From contig UYFQ01000811.1 of the NCBI GenBank assembly GCA_900617105.1, positions 1 to 52,432 on the forward strand: a stretch of 52,432 nucleotides of DNA, written 5' to 3'. A model generated the notes under the pieces. It made no database searches and was not told where the DNA came from. It saw only the letters and a program-made list of their open reading frames with translations. A program made the translations under genes and the position numbers. The stretch comes from Hydrurus foetidus. Taxonomy: Eukaryota. Within the stretch, counting starts at the first letter, position 1. Every line of letters starts with the position of its first letter. Shown here one piece after another: positions 22,740 through 34,501 of this stretch.

Positions 22740-25700
22740 TCACAATTTATTAGCTGCCAGTGATGCGAGAGATTTTTCAAGTCGATTGCAGTGCCCCACT
22801 TTGAACCCGGCAATTGAAGCCAGTGCATCTCTGCTCAGCTCCCCCCTCGCTTGAGCGTCAAGAAGGTCCTGGGAGTAGAAAGGGTATGAAGAGAGTGGGT
22901 GAGGAGGGGAATGAGGGGAAGAGAGAGAGGTGAAGGGAATGAAGGGAAAGGGAATGGACGAGAAGAGGGAGGGGAAGAAAAAAGGAGGGGGAAAGGAAAG
23001 GGAAAGGAAACTAAAGAAAGGAAAAGGGGATGAGGCAGATGAAAGGGGATGTGGATTGGGGGAAGGAAATTGAAGGGTAGGGTTATGTTGAGTAATTAAG
23101 GTATCATCAGAGTGACAGACAGAATGCTCGATTGAAGAATGTCCTGAAAAAATGTCCGACGAGATGAGACGAAATGTGATTTGGAGACACAGAATAATAA
23201 TGTCGTGCGGTACATTCATTGATAGACGGATTGATAAGATATAAAGTACGTATTGAACAGTCGTTAAAAGATAAGATACTTCCATCAATAGTAGAGATGG
23301 TGCATTGTTTAGAACGTACGCACCTGTACAGTGACGAACCCCCCGTCGTCCCTTAGTTTGCTGATAAACCCCTCAATGATGTCCGAGTCGAATCCGCTGA
23401 ATACGATATGCAGCCACACCTTGATCATCCACTTGTCAAGCGGGATGAAGGTGTGTGTGTCGGTGGTGAGCATGGTGAAGTCGTCTTGCAGGTAGTCGGC
23501 TGTTCGGTCGGATAGAGCGCTAGAAGGTCTCCTCGAGAACTGCGTGCACTCTTCTTCATCTTCTTTGTCCTCACCACCCACTGCGCTGCCAGCTATCTTC
23601 GCGTCAAGTGAGAGGGACGTCACAGGTTGTCCTCTATGCCCACTGTTCATCCCCATTCCAGTCCCCGTCCCCATGATCGCATTTGCATCACCGCCATTTC
23701 TCTTTTCTCCATACTCAGACAATTCTAAATCTTCCCTCTGACTCTGACTGAGATTTAGTGCTTGATTCTGACTCGAATTTTGTCCCATACCTACCGCTCC
23801 GTTGTTGTTGTTTGATCCGAAGTGAATATGGGTGATTGGAGAGGGCATGGAGGAGACAGGATTGGAGGAGGAAGCGGCACCATCGAAGAGGTACTTGTTC
23901 ATTCCTGTGAAGCTCCGATTGTCATCGTTGCCAATCGCCACATCACTGTTTACAACACTGTTGTTGAACGAAAAACTGTCATTCTCAAGCCCACTCGTCA
24001 TGCTCCCTCTCATCTCCTGAAAGCTGCTCTGAAAGCTGTCCACGTTGCTGTGTTCACTGTCCCCTGCCGTCCCCACGACATACGGTGGTGTGGAGTGGCG
24101 TATGTTCGCAGCATTGTCTATGATCCCTGAGGGCTTCTCGTATGACAACGTACTGTAATCGGCACTACCGTAGTCTGTGCTGATTTTCAGACTTTGACTC
24201 GTGTTGAGCAATGTGTGGTTGTGCGGGTCACTTTCATTGTGTAATTTGATTGTGTGTGGGGGGGAGTGCGCATCGTGACTTGCGAGGTCGTTGCTGTTGT
24301 CCTCTTCTAAACACTCCCTCACATCCTTCAGACTGACTTGTCCAGGGTTGCCTCTACGTATGTCAAACTGCTTAGGAGGGTAGTTGTGGTTGCCAGGAGG
24401 AGTGTTGGTGTTGGTGTAGGTGTCTCTGATTACGAATGCTCCTCTGCGCACAGGGTGGTCATCCTCCGCTCCATTTCCTCCCCCCATAGGGATGTGCTTG
24501 TAGGAGTTCAAGGAGTCGAGGGTAGAGCCGAATGATGAGGAGCGAGACACTGAGGAACGAACACCATCATTGAACTGGTCTTTGTTCGCAAACGCTTCCC
24601 CACTGGCTCCTGAGTTGCGATTCAGAAACATGTTTTCTAATCCTTGTCCTTGCCCTTGCCCTTGTCCCCCCTCTTTGTCCCTGTACTGGGGCCTCATCTG
24701 ACCCCCATTCGGATCCCTAAACAACTCCAAACCGTCTTCATTATTAGACACTTCCGAAGAATACGAATCTTGACCCCGTTCATACATACCTCCGGGGGGT
24801 TTAGGACCCCCGAACCCGGTCGGGCCACCCATCGGGCCTCCAATTGCACCAAATCCCATAAACTGTCCAAACGGTTCGTTTTTATTACCACCTGGAAAGT
24901 TGCTCTGATCACCCAGCATGAGAGTGTCTGTAGGGAAGCCTGGCATGGAACGGGAGTGTTTCGGACCTTCACCCCCCATAGCTGCTGGTTGAGTGTAGTT
25001 GGAAAATGATCTCGATATGGGTGTTTTCACGCCCAAGTGATCCTTCCTAACGTAATCTCCTGCATCTTGAGAAATGAAACTGCTATTAGTGGTGCTGAGA
25101 TACGCACTGTAGTCGCTGTTGCTTTCTAGACTCGTGCGTTGACTGTTGAAGTTACTACCATACGGAGGGTTGTACGACCCGGACTCAGACTTTACCCCAG
25201 GGTTGAAGTGGGAGGGAGGGAGTCCCTGCATGTCCCTCTGTCTGTCCAGACTCATAGTACCCGCTAAGTTCCACTCATTACCACTCGGTCTCTTGGGTAG
25301 GGGTCCCAGACCTTGGACCAGTCCCGGTCCGACGGGCTGATGTCCGGGTAAAGGTAGGGGCCCATTCCTCAACCGGGGGTCCCTTTCTCTTTCCCTATAG
25401 GGATGGCCCGGTGCCATGGCAGGGGTGAGAGGCAGAGCTGATTGCATGGGTGGGGAGTGGCCTGGAGGGGCTGATAGTCGGGTGTTCTGTTGGTGAAACT
25501 GCTGCACTTGGAGCTGGAGATGGGATTGTCTTCTCATGGCTGTAGGATCCATTTCGTTGTAGTTGCTATGCCCCATCAGCTGTTGCTGCTGCATGCCCAC
25601 TCGCGGGTTCTCCTGAGAAAAGGGGTGGGGATTGCGGTTGAGAAATTGAGGCTCCTTGCCTCTCATAGGCGGGTATCCAGCGGGATTCTTGATATTGAAA

Positions 25701-28700
25701 TGCTGCTGTTGCTGTTGCAGGAGTTCTCGTTCCATTTGTGCGATCCCTGGACCCGGTAGACTGTCCCTCCTAAAAGCCTCCCCCTCCCGCATCATTTGGC
25801 CGGGTGATCCACCGGGTCCCCGGTAGTCCCCGTCATCTAGGAAGGGGTTGCCCTGGAACCCCTGACCGTGTGGGGAATGGGGAGGATACATGGGACAGTT
25901 GGGGTCCAGTGCACGGGAATTGATTTTCACTCTCAACGCGTTGCCGTCCCCTTTTATGAGAAAGCTGTGGACAGGGTAGGGTAGGGTAGGGTAGGGGAGT
26001 CGGTGTGGGGATTAGAAAGATAATTGGGGAGTTGAGACTATAATGCAGGAGGCAGGCAGACAGACACGCAGATAGACAGCCAGTCGAACAAGCAAAGGAC
26101 TTCAAAATAAACATCTGATTCCACTGACCGTATGAGCGGATCTGCACGCATCACATCAATGAGTTTGACTGACGGAGGGACGCCTGGAGGTCTTGGCACG
26201 TTAGCCCCGATCTCTGACAGTCCTAGTAGCGGCTGAGAGACACCTGGCATGGCTGACTTCGACAGCAAATAACCTGCGGTGGCGAGTGTGAGGTAGATGT
26301 GTTAGAAAGTGATTTGGGAAATGGCGTGTGCTGTGATGAGAGAAGTTAAGTAATGATGTAATACACACGCATGCATGATTATGATGATATCAATGATGAT
26401 ATTGGCGAGTGCACATACTTGCTATGAGTCTCCTCCAGTGCTCTATGAACTCCTCGATCTCGGGTTCATCCACTCGGAAGTCCCTCATCATCACTCTAGT
26501 GTCATTACCAAACCCCAGTATCACAAAGCGTTGCTGGGGGTCACCTGTGAGAGTGAGTGGGGAGTGAGTGGAAAGTGGGTGTGTTGAAAGTGCCGTAGTG
26601 AGTGAATGTGGGGGGAATAAGAGGGAAGGAGGATGAGAGGAGAAGGGGAGAGGAGAGGAGGAGCGGAAAGGTAGAGGGGATATGCAGAGAAAAGATGGTC
26701 GAGACAGAAAGAGATAGAGTGGAAAAAGTGATGATTGGGCGAGACCGGCGAATATTGTATGATATGATGTGATGACTTTCCCGGGGTTTGACAGGAATGG
26801 TATTAATAGGATTGAACAAGGTGTTCTGCATAGAAAGAACAGTACAGTACAGTACAACACAGTACAGTACGGACCTTGAAGTGTGTCCAGCAGCTTCACT
26901 CTAGGCGGGAGGAAGAACGGACGTACAACGTGCGTACCGATCTCGTGTAGACCTGTTGTGATATAAGGAATATGAAGTATAAGGGAAGAGGGCATGAGCC
27001 TCCACGAGAAGGGGCTGCATGAATTGTCTGTCTAAATGGAGTTCGTGATTCCGTGGGGCTGTGAAGAAGGTGCCGCGTGTGGCATGGCTATGATCACGAT
27101 ATGATGCATCTGCAATCACTGACGTTATACCGTCATTCTCCCCATGCAGTATTAATGACTGATGACGTATGTACGCACCTACTGACGGTATGGACCACTG
27201 TTGCTTGATGAGGAAGAACGCGATGTCGTCTCTCCACTTGTCCACCCACACCGACTCCTGGTAGCTGTCTGCCTGCATATTATACCTCGCTTTAGCCGCG
27301 TTCCCGTCACCTGTACAAATGATCAAATCGAACAGGAAATCAATGGAATGCGGATGTGCATTTAGACAGGTGAGTATGCGGGCAGGTGTCGTTTATAAAA
27401 TTACAACGCTTTGAGAATTACGTCTCTACAAAAAAGGAGGGGGGGGGTCTATTTTATGACTTATTCGGTCAGACCTTTCAAAATGAATCTGTTGCTTGGA
27501 TCCGTCTTCATAATGAAGATAAGCTTAACAGAAGTGGGAATGCGAATAGGACGAGGGACGCTGAGAGGGACGTGTAAGGGAGGTGGGGGAGGGGAGGGGA
27601 GTTGTGATGGATTCAAAGAGGTGATGGTGATAGTTGAATTATGGAGTATAGTAGAATTCATCAGAAAATGAAAGAAACATAACTTCATCAAAATAATCGT
27701 GTCTCCCTCATCTATTGAACAAAATGTGATTCTGAGTTTGAAAAGTTGAAAATAGTCCGAAGATTGCAGACAGACAAACTCATGTCTGATTTCATTTTAA
27801 GATAGGGACGCACGCACGTACTTACCTCGATCCGATATCGCTGAGCCCCACACTCCTTTTTGACTCCAGAAGGAAGATCGCGATTAAAGCACGCCATTCT
27901 GTTGATTAGGTGGTAAATTGAGTATATTAGATGCGATAGAAAACAGATCAAATGGCACACCATTTCAACTTTTGCAATCAGGTAGTAGATCTGTTACATC
28001 AGATGCGATTTCAGTGTTTTAGGGGTTCGAAAAGGTTTGATGAAGGATGTGATGACATTGGAGGAAGAGAGTCTTCGTCCATTGTTAGACATTTTGAAGT
28101 GCAGAGCACTTAAAGTTGAAGTTGAAGTTGAAGAAAAGCTAGTGTAATCAATTTCCAATGTCACGTAATATGAACAATTTGTTCAAGTCAGACAGGACTT
28201 TGAGTTAAGAAGAGACGAAAGCGGCCTTATCTTCTCTTCTAACTTAGAGGCCGTAAGGATTATGTACTAACACACGAATGAACACATACAAGGACATACT
28301 CAAGGAGATGCATTTCGAAACAGGGGGAGAAGTTGTCGAGTTCAAGTTCAAGTTGAAGTTGAAACATATCAGTAGACTGGACAATGACAGAGTCACAGCG
28401 CTGCATAGAGCATAGAGTACCTTCTACTAGATCGCTAATTTCCTCTTCGTCTCCCCTGACGAAGCAGCGCTTAATATGAATATTGTCCCCCTCACCTATG
28501 TACGTACGTACGTGATAACGGTCGTTGGTAAATGACGATTATGGAGTAATAACAGTTTAAGATGTACGTCTCAGTTTGATGGTTTCCAATCAGTCAATAG
28601 ACGCCGTATAGATGATATGCAAGGACGGCAGCACAGAATCTTCACACCACTCAGCACGAATGACTAGACAGGAGACTCTACGTTCACTTGTTCCTTTCAT

Positions 28701-29449
28701 GCGCTTGCGATGTCTCACTCACCTGAGACTAAAAATCGTTTCTCAGGGTCTGAATGCAGGATGTCCAGCAGCGATGTAACCGTCTCAGAGAATTCTGACA
28801 TCGTAGAATGTAATAGACGTGATGAGATTTTGAGTTTTGAGTGACACGTGTTTTATTCTGAATGAGAATGTCTTCGGTATCCTGCAGAAGGTTGACAAAG
28901 AGATCGAAAGCGATGGTACACTATAGAATCGCTTGGCTTTTAACGTCTTTATCTGAATCAACATTTGGTATCAAGCATTCGGGTTCGGATGTAAGTACCT
29001 GTCTGAGTGGTTGAAGCGGGAATGCCTATGACGTCGTGGATAATCGCTCTCAGCTCAGCGGAATAGTGGTATGTTCCATTGCTGTTCCCAACCAAGTACC
29101 GCAGAATGTCGCCCCGTAATCTCTCCTCCTCAATTTGCTGCTGCGTTGAAAAGGGAAGCGATTCCACGCCTATCTCGTGGTTGCTGTGCGGGACGAGAGC
29201 AAGGGCGTTGCTATCGCCGTTATCAATGCTGGAGTCGTTGCTAAAGCTCTCAGCTCTATTGTTTCCTTCAATGCCGTAATTCACTGCATTTTCTCGGTAA
29301 AATCCACTACTTTGGATGTTGCTACCTGGACCTTCGTAACCGTTTATTGAATCATGGTCTGTTGGAAGATCAAAGTGACCGTCGACATTTTCATTAATAT
29401 GAAAGTCGTGGTCGATTTCTTCTATAAAAGATTGCTGGTTGGACATCAT
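22740..29449 (-). CDS. ~1257-aa protein with 3 winged-helix (OST-HTH/LOTUS-like) repeats, a long disordered region and a C-terminal SAM-like domain; exons 29449-28999, 28794-28723, 27310-27179, 26952-26875, 26544-26419, 26273-26129, 25964-23324, 22868-22740
   Basis: All junctions are GT-AG and the exons sum to 3774 nt (open frame). The motif LLD.L..DP..RF.V.G.GN occurs three times. The C-terminus 'GFVTVQDLLDAQARGELSRDALASIAGFKVGHCNRLEKSL' fits a SAM pattern. The domain names are inference. Confidence 0.8.
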
Positions 29450-31391
29450 TGGCAAAAAGAGTTTGATTCACTTAGTAAGTGACTCTTTACGGTCAATAGA
29501 GAGTCATTCCCCTCCAAAAAAAATAGGTGCTGGTAAAGGTCCTCCCGATAGAATCTAATTCGCACTCAAGCTCCGCACCCCCAAAAAGTCTGCTATGAAT
29601 CTCGGCAATATCACGAAACTAGGATGCCTAGAAAGACGTCAGCTGGCTGACCCAGTTGCAAGGTCTGCTGGGAGAGGGAGCTGGTACAGACGACGGCTGT
29701 GGTGTCTCCGAAAAAAGAAGTTGTCGCCGTAGACGGGCGAAATGCTGCGACCCAATACTAGCAGCAATTGCTGATAGTTTCTAATTTCACTGAAAATGGA
29801 TGTATTTTAGAGACGGACACAAAGTCTTCTGGAGAATTGGGGGTGGAAAGAGGATTACTCCACAACGTCAAGGATGCTTTCGTCGCATTTCTTTGGCTGT
29901 AAAACACGCTCACTGCTTCATGTCTTCCGTACGTACAATGAGACAGAATATTACGGACAAAAAAGAAGCACATCGATATTATCCAATTTTCGGTGGCTTT
30001 GAAAATGTTTGTTTTTTCTTAACTCAGAGCAGCTGATTAAGCAGCAAGTGGTAAACAACATTCATGAAGGGGCAGAATAGAAAAGTCTGGATTCCTAGCA
30101 GCAACACATGAGTTATGATGAGCATGGAAAACTTTCTGTTAAGCACTTTGTGAGTGCCATCGTATGCAGGTTTATGGCATATGTGTTCTCTCACTATAAA
30201 TCAGTGCGTGTTTGAAAATTTACTCATCTTTAGGAGATTTTTGAATAGTTTTGATGGCTGAATATACTGAGAGTTATATCGATATGATCGGATTCAGAGC
30301 CTCTTCTCTGCGTCCTTTCCTGCAACCCTCCATCAGTTTTGCCGCTTCTTACCCCGCGTGTCATGAGGATGATATTGTTCATGGGCATATGTGTATCTGT
30401 GCAACGAAATTTGCATTTCCTAGTCAGTACTGCTGCTGTTAGAACTTGGGACTTAAGAAAGCCAACTTCTCCTTCTCGAACGGAACTCCTTCCAGACTTG
30501 ACTTGTGTCAAAATCGTCACTTCTAAAAAACCGTGTTCGATAAATTTCAAAAACACAAAAAATTAAAAATTAAAAAATTCGAATCAAAAATTGGTGAGAT
30601 GACGATTCCCATTTCCGGATTCCCATTTCCGGATTCCCAATTCCTGACGGAAGTCGGTCGGGGTCACCTCTTCCCTCTGGTCCCCCGATGCCTGAAATTA
30701 TATGCGTGTGTGCAAAATACTGTGCGGTATCGTAATCTGCACATGAATTTCATCTGTATCCGAAGAAGACAGGGACATCTTCTGCAATGAAGCTGTGTTC
30801 AGTCTTCCTCTGAAACCAGCAGTATGGGATGGATTTCACTGCCTCTGATGACATCCACTGTTACAGGAAACTGAAACGTTTGGAAACGGGAAATTGGGTG
30901 GGACATGGGATTAAGGTGCCATATCAATTTACCGCGAAAAGTTGTGACATGCTGTAGAAATCATTTATCGCCGAATTTCCCCGAGTACCTATGTCGACAT
31001 CTCAGTTTTCACATGTACAAGTTGCTTTAAGGACCGGATAATTTTTTTCGGGAGCAGAGTAAATACGAAAGCAATAGAAATAGCGACAGTTTTTCTGTTG
31101 ATGTTACACACTTCAAAACAGGAATTTTTGTGGAAAAAGACGGGATACAAATCAGTTCTATTGCTATGCGAAGAAGTAACGAATCTCAGAGAAATCTTGA
31201 GTAAAATCAAATGACAAGGATTGCCAACTCGCATACTTCTGCATCTCCCAAGACTAATGCTGTTGTATTTCCAATGTGAGCTGTGATTGTTAAAAGGGTA
31301 ATTGCAGAGGAAATGAGCATTGGCAATCGATTTTAAGGTATTACGATCATAGAGTAGCAGAAGTTGTACGTGTATGTACATCATCATGCGC

Positions 31392-32409
31392 TACACAGCA
31401 CCTCACCATGATATCATTACTATTACTACTGCTGCAGATTATATCAATCAGGTGCAACGAGTCAATCACTGCACAAATCAACACAGACAAAGAAACAGTA
31501 GAAATTAAAATAGAGTAGAAACAGAAGCAGTAAAATTGAAGCAATAGAAATACAACAGTAGAGATATAAGTAGGATCAGTAATTGCTCTTATCTATGATA
31601 TCATGTGATTCGTCAACATGGGTCATTTGCAGAATAGGATAGTTGATCCATATGTACTGCTATGATGGCCACCACAATGGGAATATATTGTAGCTCAATG
31701 CAGATTGTACGCTATCATGTCTTCCCAAATCGATATGCTGCATGTCAGAGAAAGTTATACAAACGATCATGACTCACTTACCCATTTAAGTTTCTCCGCA
31801 GGAGTCTGTACTAGCGCACTGTCTGCGGCACACAGCTCATTCTCCTTCAGCCAGAATACTTTCGGAGGAATTTTGATTATAGAAGGGTGTAGTTCAATTG
31901 GAATCCTCATTTTGTTGATGTCTCTATTGCCCATGATGAAGTGGACCCTATCAGGATACGATCTCCTCAGATTGACTAGATCAGATAGGACTCTAAGGTC
32001 TCCAGGACCACGATCAACGACATCGCCACCAAAAACAAAATGACAGTCAGGGCTTAATTCCAGTTGACCTCCGGAGTTGCGATTCAGTATTTCCGAAAGG
32101 TCGATGTAGCGACACCAGTAATCATAGTTTCCTTCGACATCGGTTGCGTAACCTATCTTTACAATCTGCTCACAGGAAGAGCTAGAAGCAGAATACTTTG
32201 CAAATTTGCTCGACATGTCCAATCTGTAACTGTGGATAGAGCAGTGAAATGCTTTTCACGGCTGTTCGGAAAGACACTCGAGTAGTCAGCTGCTCGACCG
32301 TTGACCACCGAAATTGCTCTCTATGAGTGCCCAGTTGTCGAAGCGTTGTTCCTGTTATCATCAATTATAAACCGGTCGATTGTGTAGCAGTCCTCACTCA
32401 TAATATGAC
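31392..32409 (-). pseudogene. Inverted partial duplicate (upstream region, exon 1 and part of intron 1) of the metallophosphoesterase gene
   Basis: Reverse complement of 34309-35326, same 1018-bp length, about 7 substitutions seen. The exon-1 protein is identical and no downstream exons follow. Confidence 0.9.
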
Positions 32410-32911
32410 CAATACTCTGATGATCATCGACCGATACTCTGATGATCCACACTCATTGAATCGCTAAACCGTTGATCACATTCATATGAATTCAATTATC
32501 TCGCTCAACGGTTGTAGAGTCATCAGGGTAATGACACTATTACGGAGCGGAAAGCAGGGGGGTGTTGCCTCAGAGATAAGGCAATTTCGATTACCTGGAT
32601 GGCGATATCAACGCTATCACATCGTCGTTGTCAGTCATGGTTTTCAAAAGTGGCGTTAGCACGTTATGCCGATCTTTTCCTGATGCTTTATGGCAGTATG
32701 TGTTTGTTATAATATCTCATAGAGTAGTATCGGCCTTTTAGGCCGGCGGTTGGGCGCGGGGCGGCGCCGCGATTGAAGCCCGCAGACAGGGGTGTTGGTC
32801 ATTTCCTGCGCTGGTTCGATGCGCTACATCGTGGACCAGAAATGGAAGGAAGCGAGCGGTCACCAATGAGAGAGTACTCCGCGGTAGGATGCAATACTCA
32901 GTGAACGTCAC

Positions 32912-33173
32912 AACTGATTCACATCCTTTTACAGATGACTGTGTCAAATACCAAACTAACATAACTGATTCACATCCTTTTGCAGATGACTGTGTCAAAT
33001 ACCAAACTAACATAACTGATTCACATCCTTTTGCAGATGACTGTGTCAAATACCAAACTAACATAACTGATTCACATCCTTTTGCAGATGACTGTGTCAA
33101 ATACCAAACTAACATAAACTAACATAACTGATTCACATCCTTTTGCAGATGACTGTGTCAAATACCAAACTAA
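32912..33173. repeat. Minisatellite, ~5 x 51 bp
   Basis: Unit aactgattcacatccttttgcagatgactgtgtcaaataccaaactaacat, with a 10-bp slippage duplication at 33116-33125. Confidence 0.95.
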
Positions 33174-33292
33174 TATCCAAAGTGTGCAATCAAATTCCAC
33201 TCTGCGAAGTGTCATTAAGTCCTCTTCCCCGAGATCTCATCCAACTTTTCCCTAATTTTTCAATAATACGTTGCGCTTGTCAAATTAAACTT

Positions 33293-33352
33293 GTCATCAT
33301 CATCTCATCATCTCATCATCTCATCATCATCACCACCATCATCACCATCATC

Positions 33353-33384
<32 letters not shown>

Positions 33385-33388
33385 CATC
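33293..33388. repeat. (CAT/CAC)n microsatellite
   Basis: Directly visible. Confidence 0.9.
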
Positions 33389-33643
33389 GTCCCCTTAACA
33401 TCTCTCCATTGCAGAAAATTAAATTAAAAAGCAAATTAACAACAGAGCCCCAGTTTATTCCTCGCATTCTACAACCAGGGAAGAAAAAGAATCAATAATC
33501 GCAAATTGAAGATGACGTTCACGAAGGTAATATCTCTCGCCGTCAGTGACTCCAGTCGACGAATCTTATAATCTCCAATGCATTTGAAAATGCTGAAAGT
33601 GCTGGAAGATCTCGTCAACGACGCAAAATTCAAAATAGGAAAT

Positions 33644-33895
33644 AATTTACCGTGTACTGAATTGAGAGATTCGTGTACTGAATTTGTAGTTTGATGTACT
33701 GAAATCAATACTAAAGGTTAGGATTAGGGTCAGGATTAGGGTGACAATTAGGGTTAGGATTAGAGTTAGTGTTAGGGCTAAACTCAGAGTCAGAGTCAGA
33801 GTCAGGGTCAGGGTTAGGGCTAGAGTTAGGGTGTATTCAGTACATCAAACTATTAATTCAGTACATCAAACTATTAATTCAGTACACCATTAATT
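33644..33895. mobile_element. Foldback/MITE-like element with sub-repeated inverted arms around a degenerate TTAGGG array (33717-33832)
   Basis: The left arm has three TGTACTGAA units and the right arm three TTCAGTACA units. TAGTTTGATGTACTGAA (33687-33703) is the exact reverse complement of 33836-33852 and 33857-33873. The core is TTAGGG/TCAGGG/TTAGAG/TCAGAG hexamers. Confidence 0.6.
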
Positions 33896-34501
33896 GGGTT
33901 GCAATTCAAAATTCGATCCGAAATGGATCGTACGCTTCACGAAACACGTCATTGCAATATGTACTTACGACTTACGTACACATCATAGCACATAGCACGT
34001 ACTTCGTCAGATAGGACTGGGGACACAAGATTATATGATTTTTTATTTTTTTTTACCTTTGAAAAGTTGACCCTTCACCCTTCATCTTTCATCCTTTCAA
34101 AGGCGCGAACCTAGTCAAGAGTCGAGGGTGAGGAGTGTCTCAACCACGGACAATAGGATCCGACAACCTTCTTCACAAGTAAAGGGGAAGCCTTTGAGGT
34201 CATCACTGGCTTATATTAAGATCCCTCTGATGACCTAGCTCCTTAGGCAGGCATTGGACTGCGCCGTAATGTAGTCAATCACCAGGATTTTGACGATGTT
34301 GTTCATATGTCATATTATGAGTGAGGACTGCTACACAATCGACCGGTTTATAATTGATGATAACAGGAACAACGCTTCGACAACTGGGCACTCATAGAGA
34401 GCAATTTCGGTGGTCAACGGTCGAGCAGCTGACTACTCGAGTGTCTTTCTGAACAGCCGTGAAAAGCATTTCACTGCTCTATCCACAGTTACAGATTGGA
34501 C

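Noticed and set aside
32912..33173. CRISPR array, or a link to the other 51-bp repeat
   Set aside because: No spacers and no sequence similarity to 3686-4150; the equal unit length looks coincidental.
33717..33832. True telomere or chromosome fusion point
   Set aside because: Short, degenerate, single orientation, and enclosed by inverted arms.
34226..34260. Hammerhead ribozyme (CTGATGA followed by a stem)
   Set aside because: The required GAAA after stem II is missing; the same applies to CTGATGA at 32417 and 32439.
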